DNA of 64,000 nt from Eubacteriales bacterium (GTDB taxonomy: Bacteria; Bacillota; Clostridia; Oscillospirales; SIG627). The translations under genes were made by a program, and so were the position numbers. Shown one piece after another: positions 19,632 to 28,546 of this stretch. The DNA lies in assembly GCA_045536965.1 (NCBI GenBank), contig JAZSON010000012.1, forward strand, positions 83,889-147,888, given 5' to 3'. The stretch's first letter is position 1. Each line of letters begins with the position of its first letter. The notes beneath the pieces were generated by a model. It searched no databases. It saw nothing but the letters and a program-made list of their open reading frames with translations, and had not been told where the DNA came from.

Positions 19632-21785
19632 TTACATTCGTATAGCCAATTCCACGACCAAGTTGTACACAAAAGAGAAGACCTTTGCCAACAACCCGGT
19701 GAACAGAATGCAGATAAACATGATCAGCGCAATACCGAGCAGAGTGCCCAGCGATGTCAAAATGTTTTTAGACATCGAATAATCGTGTGTCACCATCGCG
19801 CCAAAGAAAATCAAAAATCCGCACCAAATATAACCCAACGAGTAAAGCAGGGAAACGATGGCACTTTCGTCCAAGGTAAGGACGTTGGTGATCATAGTCG
19901 TCGGGATGATAAACAAGGGAAGAGGCATCAACGCATAGCCGGTTGCGATTACGATATCGCGGAAACTGCCTTCGCCATCAAACAAAGTGGTCAAACACCA
20001 GTTCGCAACTGCCCACAGCAAGAAGGGCACGAGAACAGCCAAAACCGTTCCGATGATGCTGGCGCCTTTGTTTTCGGGATCGAAAATGTACGCGTTACCA
20101 ATGGATTTGTAGACCATCGCAATCAGTGTCAAACCGATGATGGTGAAAGCACCGCAAAGATTACCGCGTTTTTCGTGCTTCAAATCCCAAAATCCGTCAA
20201 ACGGATGCATCATAACATGGAATGCATAGAAGGTTGCTTCTTTCCAGGTGCGGTGTTCCTTGGAAACCTGTCCTGCCAAGTTAACCTTCGCGGCATACTT
20301 AAACAGTTTGGAAAGAAGAACGAAAAATACAATCAGTACGATCGGCACTAAAATGATATAAGATTCAAGCCAAACTTTTCGTACATTGCGGAAAGCTTCG
20401 GAATAATCATCGATCGCATGTGCGAACTTGTACTGTTCCATAGCTTCTTCATACTTACCTGCACGGTACAAGCTGTCGCCGATACCAACGTATGCCTGGT
20501 CAAAGTTTGAGTTGCTTTGCAAAATTTTGCGCCAATAAGTAACTGCTTCGCTGTAATTACGGTCACGCTGGTTTTGAAGAGCTGCCGCGATCAAATCGCC
20601 ATACTCTGTGCGCTTATAAACCGTAAAGGCTTCAACCGTTTTGTCATAAACCAACAAATCGGTTTGATTGTAGACCATGGTAATGATGGTATCAATACCA
20701 CCGAGCAATGCAGCCTGCGTTTTATCACCGAAAACATACAGCAAATTGCCTTGCTCATCATAAGTATAAATTTTACCTCTGAGTTGGTCAGCTATACTCC
20801 AAGTACCATTCTGTCCGAGCGCAACATCCACGATGGTGGAGGCTTCGACGATAGCATCTCCTTCAACATCGGTGAACAAAACATTGACTTCACCGTGCGG
20901 CGCGAAGAAGCCGGTTCTCAGCATAACGTCCTCGCCCTCGGGATTGAGTTTTTTTACAGGAGCATAGGTGCTGGACTTGTCCTCAATCGACGATTGTTGA
21001 TCCAGTTTGTCGATCGTAGAGGTGGTTACATATACGAAACCGCTGTCGTCAATCGAAATGTTGTTGTACTCGGTCGGTACATAACTGACCGAACGACGAC
21101 GCTGTTCGGCTGTTTGGAAGTTACGCCAGAAAATATCCCACAAACTGGGAGCGGTCTTCTGTGCACCCAAGAAACCGTTGAATTTACCATCGGAGTTCAT
21201 CGAAATAACACCGTAGTGGGTTGTCGAAGAAATAACGTAAATACGGCCGGCATTATCAACAACCAGAGCAACCGGTTTGTAAACGTGACCTTCGGGGAAA
21301 ACATCGCTTTCGGGTTCGTCTACAATACGACGGAATGTGTACTCACCAAGCTCATTGGGATAACGACTGAAAATGGCGATACGGTTATTATCGGTATCGG
21401 CAACAAAAATTTCCGTTTCATTGACGAAAATACCGGAAGGGGTATCGAGATTATCAGGAACACCTTGATCGTTTACGAAGGCATAAATCACTCCGGCGAG
21501 CGAATAGTCGGGGTTGAGAATAACAATACGGTCATTCCCCGAATCGGCAAGGTAAAGCATGCCTTCATCGTCTACCACCATATCCTTCACGTTGTTTAAG
21601 GGTGTTTCAAGATTCATCACCGTCGAATTGACGATCTCATAAGGAACATAGGCATGGGGAGAATCGACCATATTACCATCAATATCATAGGTATAGGTCG
21701 CATAGGGAACTGCGGCACCAACAGCCGGCGCAATCACAACCGCCAAAAGAAGAACACAGCTGAGGGCAATCCAAAATCGCTTCAT
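19632..21785 (-). CDS. NHL-repeat beta-propeller / TPR / Yip1-like polytopic membrane fusion protein
   Basis: Signal peptide, then NHL-like blades (LYLADSGNDRIVIL, IFVADTDNNRIAIF, IYVISS), then a TPR-like segment (YSEAVTYWRKIL...AGKYEEAMEQYKFA), then about 5 C-terminal TM helices. GGAGG RBS. Confidence 0.7.
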   Translation of the reverse strand: MKRFWIALSCVLLLAVVIAPAVGAAVPYATYTYDIDGNMVDSPHAYVPYEIVNSTVMNLETPLNNVKDMVVDDEGMLYLADSGNDRIVILNPDYSLAGVIYAFVNDQGVPDNLDTPSGIFVNETEIFVADTDNNRIAIFSRYPNELGEYTFRRIVDEPESDVFPEGHVYKPVALVVDNAGRIYVISSTTHYGVISMNSDGKFNGFLGAQKTAPSLWDIFWRNFQTAEQRRRSVSYVPTEYNNISIDDSGFVYVTTSTIDKLDQQSSIEDKSSTYAPVKKLNPEGEDVMLRTGFFAPHGEVNVLFTDVEGDAIVEASTIVDVALGQNGTWSIADQLRGKIYTYDEQGNLLYVFGDKTQAALLGGIDTIITMVYNQTDLLVYDKTVEAFTVYKRTEYGDLIAAALQNQRDRNYSEAVTYWRKILQSNSNFDQAYVGIGDSLYRAGKYEEAMEQYKFAHAIDDYSEAFRNVRKVWLESYIILVPIVLIVFFVLLSKLFKYAAKVNLAGQVSKEHRTWKEATFYAFHVMMHPFDGFWDLKHEKRGNLCGAFTIIGLTLIAMVYKSIGNAYIFDPENKGASIIGTVLAVLVPFLLWAVANWCLTTLFDGEGSFRDIVIATGYALMPLPLFIIPTTMITNVLTLDESAIVSLLYSLGYIWCGFLIFFGAMVTHDYSMSKNILTSLGTLLGIALIMFICILFTGLLAKVFSFVYNLVVELAIRM

Positions 21786-21802
21786 TATGTATTCCTCCTT
21801 CT

Positions 21803-22675
21803 TTAGTCTTTCATACCGGATGTGGACATGGTTTCGATAACATTACTTTGCGAAATAACGAAAACGGCAATCGGGACGATCATCATAATAACCATCGCCG
21901 CACCCGAAACGCCTGCACGCGAAATACTACCGGTTACAAGCTGGTTAATCGCATAGTTGAATGTTTTAAGTTGTTCACTGTAAATATAGGTCGAAGTTCC
22001 GCTATTCCACAAATCTTTGAATGCAAAAATGATCAAGGTCAACCAAGCGGGCTTAACCATCGGCATAGCAATGGTCCAGAGGATGCGCATTTCTGATGCA
22101 CCATCCAAGCGAGCAGATTCCAAAACGGTGTCGGGAACACTGGTTTCCATGAACTGCTTCATCAGGTAAAGACCCATTGTGGTACAGAATGCGGGAACGA
22201 TGATGGCAAGATATGTATCCATCCAACCCAAAGCAGAGATAATAATGAAGTTGGTCAACGCGGTAACCGTGGAATGGAACATCAAAGAGTAAACTATGAT
22301 GTTGAACAAGAAGACGCGTCCGGGGAACTTGATCTTCGCCAAAGCATAAGCAGCAAGCGAAGAAAGCATAACGTTTCCGAATGTACCCACGATTGAAATA
22401 AACGCAGTATTAAAAATGTAACGGGAAAAAGGAACCCACGAGGTGCCCATCAAACGGAACAACTGCGTAAAGTTACGGAACGTGGGGTTGCGCACGAAAA
22501 AGCGCGGGGGGAACATCCAAAGTTCATCCAAGGGTTTAAGAGACTGACAAATAGTGTAAACCATCGGAAGGAACATGAATGCACCGAAAATAAACAAGAT
22601 TGTATTGATGCCGATATCACCGCCGAGGGAGCGGTTCATAGCATGGTTAGATTTTCTGATTCGCAACTTTGCCAT
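21803..22675 (-). CDS. carbohydrate ABC transporter permease (MalG-like)
   Basis: 290 aa from the ATG at 22675, which directly abuts the upstream stop at 22677. Polytopic. Confidence 0.85.
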   Translation of the reverse strand: MAKLRIRKSNHAMNRSLGGDIGINTILFIFGAFMFLPMVYTICQSLKPLDELWMFPPRFFVRNPTFRNFTQLFRLMGTSWVPFSRYIFNTAFISIVGTFGNVMLSSLAAYALAKIKFPGRVFLFNIIVYSLMFHSTVTALTNFIIISALGWMDTYLAIIVPAFCTTMGLYLMKQFMETSVPDTVLESARLDGASEMRILWTIAMPMVKPAWLTLIIFAFKDLWNSGTSTYIYSEQLKTFNYAINQLVTGSISRAGVSGAAMVIMMIVPIAVFVISQSNVIETMSTSGMKD

Positions 22676-22676
22676 A

Positions 22677-23630
22677 TTATTTACCCACCTTCGCCAGTAG
22701 TTTTCGAACAATCACGTTCGCGCCGATCATCATAAAGAACAAGATGGTGGCAATTGCGGAAGCGTAACCCATCTCAAAACGTTCACCGCCGTAGTCTTCA
22801 AGATGGTGCATGATCGTATGTGCGCAGTAATCGGGGCTGGGGAAACCAACCATAGCTGTGATAACCGCACCGAAACCGAACGATCCGGTAATAGCCAAAA
22901 TAGCACCGAACATCATCTGCGGTTTCATGTAGGGGAGGGTAACATACCAAAGTTCCTGCCAACGGTTTTTAACACCGTCCACGGCAGCAGCTTCATACAA
23001 ACTTCTGTCAACCGTCTGGAAACCTGCAATAAAGGACAAGAAGGATGTACCCAAACTGGTCCACAATGCAACAGCAATAACGATCGGCATGATGTAACTG
23101 GTATCGGTCAAGAATTGGATCGGGTTGGTGATCATGTTTAACTTCAACAAAATACTGTTGATGTAACCATATTGGTCACCCGAGAACAAAACGGTCCAAA
23201 TCATGTAAACGTTACCCGAAATACTCGGCGCATAGAAAATCAATGTAACAACCGCACGAACCTTCGGGGTCAATTCGTTGATAAACCATGCAAACATCAA
23301 AGACATCAAATAGGACACAGGTCCGGTAATCGATGCAAAAACCAGCGTATTCTTTACGGCAAGAATGAAAATATCATCCTCCAAAAGAAGACGGACATAG
23401 TTTTTCAGACCGATATATACCGGCCATTCCAACATATTAAACGTAGTGAAACTCAAAATCATGGACAAAGCAACGGGAATTACGGTGAAAGTAAAGAAAA
23501 GCAGGAAGAAGGGGCCTACCATCAAATAGGCAACCCAGTTTTTCTTCATTTCACTCCATGTATATTGAGCTTTGTTCATTCTTTTCTTTGCTACCGGTTT
23601 TTTTGCAACAGCAGCTGCTTTTTCCGACAT
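22677..23630 (-). CDS. sugar ABC transporter permease (MalF-like)
   Basis: 317 aa from the ATG at 23630 (GAGGAGAGG RBS). Basic N-terminus, 6 TM helices. Confidence 0.85.
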   Translation of the reverse strand: MSEKAAAVAKKPVAKKRMNKAQYTWSEMKKNWVAYLMVGPFFLLFFTFTVIPVALSMILSFTTFNMLEWPVYIGLKNYVRLLLEDDIFILAVKNTLVFASITGPVSYLMSLMFAWFINELTPKVRAVVTLIFYAPSISGNVYMIWTVLFSGDQYGYINSILLKLNMITNPIQFLTDTSYIMPIVIAVALWTSLGTSFLSFIAGFQTVDRSLYEAAAVDGVKNRWQELWYVTLPYMKPQMMFGAILAITGSFGFGAVITAMVGFPSPDYCAHTIMHHLEDYGGERFEMGYASAIATILFFMMIGANVIVRKLLAKVGK

Positions 23631-23742
23631 AAGAAATCCTCTCCTCAACGGTTATTCCGGGTGTTTTCCCGGCACTCAAGCGACATTTTGCTATTTTTCC
23701 CCGCCCACTCTTACGAGCGGGGAAAAATAGTCCGAAATTCTG

Positions 23743-26700
23743 TTATTCCGTATCTTGCGATTGATTGGCGTCCTCTTCAACATCCGACTCTTTATCAGAA
23801 GGAAGCCCGGTTCCGCCATTTTTATAATCCTCTACGTCCTGCTTGACGTTATACGGCAGATATTCAAGATCCTCAATGTCAGCAAACATTTCCATCGTCG
23901 GCAAATCAAATTCTTCGCGTTTTCTGGAAAGTTCATTGTTGATTGCATCGATATAGCTTAATAATGCATCGGTCGGAACCTCATTATCATTATAAGCAGC
24001 CAAGAATGCAAAGTTGGTATAACGTGCCAAAATATATCCACCGGGAAGTTCGGGGGTAGCAGCAAGATGGTTGAACTGCTCGCGGAGACTGTTATAGTCG
24101 GCGGCAGGCCACGGCTGACGGCCCAAAGCTTCAAGGTTTGCTGTATCGTGACGGCCCGAAGCGCCGAGCAATGCAAGCAATTCATTACCGTAACGTGCCT
24201 GCGCATCGGTATCGGTCCACCACTTCATAAATGTCCAAGCAGCTTCGACTCTATCATGATCGGCAGCGCCCTTCATCATCATAACGCCTGTAACCGACGA
24301 TTGAATATCGCGGTTCAGTTCGCCTGTTTCTTCGTTTTTGGTACCGGGAACCAAAGTGAATTCCCAAAGTCCGCGAATTTCAGGAGCGAAAATGGTCAAC
24401 TGACCGTAAGCGCTGTAAGATGTCAAAGCAAGGGGCATTTCACCGGTCTTGAAACGGTTTGCAAAGTTGAAGGTAACAGGGAAACCGTACATGGTAAACA
24501 TTTCGCACATCCGCTTCCAGCTTGCCAAAGCAACGTTGCTGTCAAGGTTAATGCGCATACCGGATGTCAAGTGAATGTCATCAGCGGTAAAGCCATTGTC
24601 TTCCAATGCTTTTACAACCTCATCACTCAACTTCACTTCACCTTTGTACAATTCCTCGTCCTGCTGATACATAAACAAGGTGTAACTGTGTGCAAAGCCC
24701 ATATCCAAATAGTTATTTTCGAACACGGGGATAATGTCATACAAATCTTCCCATGTTTCGGGAACCTCTAGGTTGAGTTCGGCAAATACGTCTCTGCGGT
24801 AGAAAATCATGTTGAACAACTGGGTTTCAGGCAGAGCGTAAGTTTCATTGTACAAGGAAAGGGGCACCATGGCTGTTGCATGGAAACGATCACAAACCTC
24901 GTCAAATTCCGACAACTTTGTAACTGGGAGAACTGCGCTTCGAATGGCATAGTTGATGATGGTACCCGAAGCAATGCTCAAAGCAACATCGGGGCCGATA
25001 CCTGCCAAAGTCGAAGGCAACAAAGCGCCCGCTGCAACCAATTCCAGATTAACAGCAATTTGGTTCTGGGTGGTGAAATCATCTTGAATCATGCTGCGGA
25101 TGATTTGCGCCTGATCACGTCCGGTAGAAATCCAAACAGTGATATTTTCGTACTGTTCGCCACCTTCAAGTTCTTTTGCACCCAAATCGTTGTAGTTGGT
25201 AAAGAAGCTTGCGATAAAGGACTTGATTTCATGGACAAAGCTATCAAAGAATCCGCCCTCAGCTACGGGAAGCTCGTTGCCTACGGGAACAAATTCAATA
25301 TAGTCAATTTCCAAAGGCTGGTTGGAGGTATCCGAAATCCATGTACCCAAAGTGGAGTTATAGTCTTTCAAAGTCGAGAAGTTGGCCGCAATAACGTCCT
25401 CATTCTTATACATACGTTCGAGCAAGTACTGTACTTTACTCAAAGTAACCGAGTGAGAACCGGCAGCACCGGTGATTTGTTCCAACTTATCGTACACAGC
25501 CTGCAATGTGTCGGCCTGCTTCTTCATGTTGATCAACACATCGGGAAGCTGAGATGCAAATTTGTAGTCGCGGTATTCATCGGGATCGGGACCGGTCAAC
25601 ATCAATATCTTCATATAGATCTTGTTAACTTCGGCCACAACATTGTCAACGGTACGGAGAATTTCTGCCATATCACCAAGCACAACACGCAATTCAACGG
25701 TGTGTTTGCCTGCTGTCATGTAGAACATGAAATCGGTGGTACCATCGTTTAAGGGATCCGTGCGGAAAGAATCGCTGTAATTAAAACGCAAGGAAGATGC
25801 TTCGGCAAAGGGTACTTCACCGTCTATGCGAAGTTCACGAGAAGTGTAAACACCCTCATAAATGTTTTGCTTGGAACGGGGAACAATGCTATACCAACCA
25901 TCCTTGGGAATGTCAACCTCCCATTGGATCCAGTCACCGACGCTAACCCACTTTTCACCGCCGATGGTATTGAGCATCTGCAAAGAGGAGTCTTGAGGAT
26001 CGGTAGCAGAAGAAGAACGATCGCTCAAAGCGTAAAGGATTTGACCGGAAGTCGCGATAGGCTTCTCAGCGTCGATGCGGATATTCTCAACGCCTTGCAG
26101 TCTGTCTTTGACACTCACCTGGTAAGTTTTTTCAATTTCCTTCAAATATTCTTTGTAGGAAGCGGGAGTCTCAACATATTCAATGACCAACGAACCGATA
26201 ACAACAGGCTCGGTCACTTCTTGGAAAGTGATGGTGTGCTCACCTTCGGTCAGGTAGAACTTAAAGGGATCCAAGTAATAACCCGTAGAGTCAATGGCCA
26301 CGGTGGTCATCCACTCGGGTGTTTCGTATTTGGTGGGACGGAGTTCGTTGCCGTATTTATCGGTATCAAATCCACGGCTGTCCTCGGTGTTATAGATGTA
26401 GTCATCCTGCCATTTGGCTTGCATAGCGACATAGCGGGATTCTTTGAACGGATAAGAACCGTCAATCAGAATGGCACGTTCGATCGTGGAAGACTTACCG
26501 ATTTCTTCGCCGTAAGCCACACTGTAACCTTGGGTATCGATAACCTGTTCGCCCTTGTCGTTGAGATAAATATCTTTGCCGTCTTTTGTTTTCGAAACGG
26601 CCAAACGGGGGGTAGCTACGGTTTTGCCATCGGCAGAGATGAGCTTCTGGTTGCCAAAATCGTCGACAACGGCATTGCCGTCTTTATCGATGTAGGGTTT

Positions 26701-27975
26701 GAAACCGGTAACATCCTGCGTCGAACCGGACTTACCGTCTGTTTCATATATAATATTGCCCTTGCTGTCCTCGACGGGAAGAACGTAGGGAGTGAGTCTT
26801 TCAACCTCATGGAAAAGAATGCTGTTGCCTTGGCTGTCGTTTTTGCCGGTTACGGGACGGTAACCCGTTGTATCAGCAGTTTCGTTGCCGTCAACATCCA
26901 AATATACTTTCTTGCCGTCAGCATCGATCTTATGTACGAGCGAGGGAACCGCTACAACATTGACCTGTTTTTTCAGCTTCTTAAAACCATATTCATCCAC
27001 GGCGGTTTGGTTGCCTACTTTGTATTCGGCAAAACCGGTGGTGTCGGCAATACGCTCGCCGCTATCGGCATAGCGATAAATATAAGCGCCGGCGCTATCG
27101 GTTTGATGCACGGGTTTGGCAGTCAATTTAGCACCCGCGGCATTCACCAAGACAGGCACGCCAAAAAGCGTCTCGCCGGAATCACTGTATCCCGAGAGAT
27201 CGGTAACCTGTTTGCCGCTCTTATTTAAATAAATGATGTTGCCATTGCCATCACGCGCAGCGGTCAAAGAAGCCACAGCATAAATGTCTTCTTTGACCGT
27301 CAAAATGGTATAGTCGGCATAATCGAAGTGAACGGTTTGCAAAACATCGTCGATCTTATAAGGAATATAGGAAGAAACATCGTCAATGACGGCGCCGGTT
27401 TCCTTATTTTTATAAATAACGTTTCCGCTTGCATCCTTTTCTTCGATCACAAAAGGCGTCAAGAACAATTCGGAATCACGGTAATAAATTTTGTTGCCGA
27501 GCGCATCGACCAAAACATACGAGTTTCCGTCTTTAACATAGCGACCTTCGATGTAAAGGCCATTGGCAGCCGTCTTATACTTGGTGTGGATTGGATAGTA
27601 CTGAATAACGACATTGTAATATCCGGCATTTTTAATGGAGAACTTCCAGGTAACTTTGCCGCTGTCGGGCACAAGCAAACCGGTATCACCATCCACCGTA
27701 TATTGCTCAATTTTTGCAGTTGTATCGGAGGGAAGATAGTTTTCGCCCTCCAAGCGCACCGAATCGGTCCCGGGTTTTACACCGAGAGCATCATATTTCG
27801 CCAGATAGTCAGCATACATAGTAGCTGCCATCAAGTCTTTCATTTCCTGAAGGCGCTGCTGTGCAATAGATGACTCCTCATCGGACTCCGCCAGCGCAAT
27901 CATACCCACAGACGTTATGACCGTTACCAAAGCCAATAACGCCGAAAGCAAGCGCCGCAGAAAAGTGTGTTTCAT
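23743..27975 (-). CDS. giant extracellular solute-binding protein: signal peptide, carbohydrate-binding-like modules, internal repeats and a C-terminal family-1-type SBP domain
   Basis: 1410 aa from the ATG at 27975 (perfect GGAGG RBS). The signal ends ALA/ESD with no lipobox Cys. The C-terminal 500 aa look like a sugar SBP (ITVWISTGRDQAQ..., PGTKNEETG..., acidic tail). The N-terminal 900 aa are extra. Confidence 0.75.
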   Translation of the reverse strand: MKHTFLRRLLSALLALVTVITSVGMIALAESDEESSIAQQRLQEMKDLMAATMYADYLAKYDALGVKPGTDSVRLEGENYLPSDTTAKIEQYTVDGDTGLLVPDSGKVTWKFSIKNAGYYNVVIQYYPIHTKYKTAANGLYIEGRYVKDGNSYVLVDALGNKIYYRDSELFLTPFVIEEKDASGNVIYKNKETGAVIDDVSSYIPYKIDDVLQTVHFDYADYTILTVKEDIYAVASLTAARDGNGNIIYLNKSGKQVTDLSGYSDSGETLFGVPVLVNAAGAKLTAKPVHQTDSAGAYIYRYADSGERIADTTGFAEYKVGNQTAVDEYGFKKLKKQVNVVAVPSLVHKIDADGKKVYLDVDGNETADTTGYRPVTGKNDSQGNSILFHEVERLTPYVLPVEDSKGNIIYETDGKSGSTQDVTGFKPYIDKDGNAVVDDFGNQKLISADGKTVATPRLAVSKTKDGKDIYLNDKGEQVIDTQGYSVAYGEEIGKSSTIERAILIDGSYPFKESRYVAMQAKWQDDYIYNTEDSRGFDTDKYGNELRPTKYETPEWMTTVAIDSTGYYLDPFKFYLTEGEHTITFQEVTEPVVIGSLVIEYVETPASYKEYLKEIEKTYQVSVKDRLQGVENIRIDAEKPIATSGQILYALSDRSSSATDPQDSSLQMLNTIGGEKWVSVGDWIQWEVDIPKDGWYSIVPRSKQNIYEGVYTSRELRIDGEVPFAEASSLRFNYSDSFRTDPLNDGTTDFMFYMTAGKHTVELRVVLGDMAEILRTVDNVVAEVNKIYMKILMLTGPDPDEYRDYKFASQLPDVLINMKKQADTLQAVYDKLEQITGAAGSHSVTLSKVQYLLERMYKNEDVIAANFSTLKDYNSTLGTWISDTSNQPLEIDYIEFVPVGNELPVAEGGFFDSFVHEIKSFIASFFTNYNDLGAKELEGGEQYENITVWISTGRDQAQIIRSMIQDDFTTQNQIAVNLELVAAGALLPSTLAGIGPDVALSIASGTIINYAIRSAVLPVTKLSEFDEVCDRFHATAMVPLSLYNETYALPETQLFNMIFYRRDVFAELNLEVPETWEDLYDIIPVFENNYLDMGFAHSYTLFMYQQDEELYKGEVKLSDEVVKALEDNGFTADDIHLTSGMRINLDSNVALASWKRMCEMFTMYGFPVTFNFANRFKTGEMPLALTSYSAYGQLTIFAPEIRGLWEFTLVPGTKNEETGELNRDIQSSVTGVMMMKGAADHDRVEAAWTFMKWWTDTDAQARYGNELLALLGASGRHDTANLEALGRQPWPAADYNSLREQFNHLAATPELPGGYILARYTNFAFLAAYNDNEVPTDALLSYIDAINNELSRKREEFDLPTMEMFADIEDLEYLPYNVKQDVEDYKNGGTGLPSDKESDVEEDANQSQDTE

Positions 27976-28096
27976 GCCAATCCTCCTAAGAATCAACTGT
28001 TCGCCCATTCTTTTGCGGGCCACAGTCAAAACATATGTATAAATAAGTACTTTTGCCGCAAAGGGCGGCTAAAACGCCCATTGTCAAGCATATTAT

Positions 28097-28126
28097 ATAC
28101 TACCACAAGCCCCGCTTTCTTGTCAA
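28097..28126 (-). promoter_or_regulatory. sigma-A type promoter of the seven-gene ABC locus
   Basis: On the minus strand: TTGACA (28126-28121), 18-nt spacer, TAGTAT (28102-28097). This leaves a leader of about 120 nt before the ATG at 27975. Confidence 0.5.
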
Positions 28127-28454
28127 GACCGAGAATGATATGTTTTTTCGGGGATTTTTGCTTTTTCCCGCAACCGACCGCCTCTTTTGCCGCATTCCCC
28201 CTCGTGCAGATAGGCAAAATACAATTTTCGTTATTTTGCACAATTACATTATGAATTGTTAATCTTCAAAAATTCACAATCCGTTAAAATTTTAAAAAAC
28301 CATGATAATATAGCCTATTTTTACATCATCAATGGTGGATGTTTTTTCAATCATTACATATTATTGCATATTTTATATTTTTATTTTTATGATATGAAAC
28401 TTTATAATTTCTTCCAAAAACGCCCTTTTTTCACCCTCATTTCCTCCCCATACA

Positions 28455-28493
28455 CAAAACAAGAATTGTGCAATTAGCACAATTCTTGTTTTG
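28455..28493 (-). terminator. intrinsic terminator downstream of mnmA
   Basis: 17-bp perfect inverted repeat CAAAACAAGAATTGTGC-aatta-GCACAATTCTTGTTTTG with T-rich flanks on both strands. Confidence 0.8.
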
Positions 28494-28546
28494 TTTTTTC
28501 TACAAATTGAACAATCTTTGTTCGTCGGCGTTCGACAATGGTCTTT

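Noticed and set aside
28082-28126. Two TTGACA hexamers 39 bp apart upstream of the SBP gene, considered as a repeated operator
   Set aside because: The shared sequence is only the hexamer plus one flanking base. The upstream copy is adequately explained as the -35 element, and there is no dyad symmetry.
28256-28477. 73-aa ORF in the AT-rich intergenic island
   Set aside because: It has no RBS and a composition dominated by Ile, Phe, Tyr, Asn and Lys, reflecting AT-rich DNA. It also overlaps the mnmA terminator hairpin.
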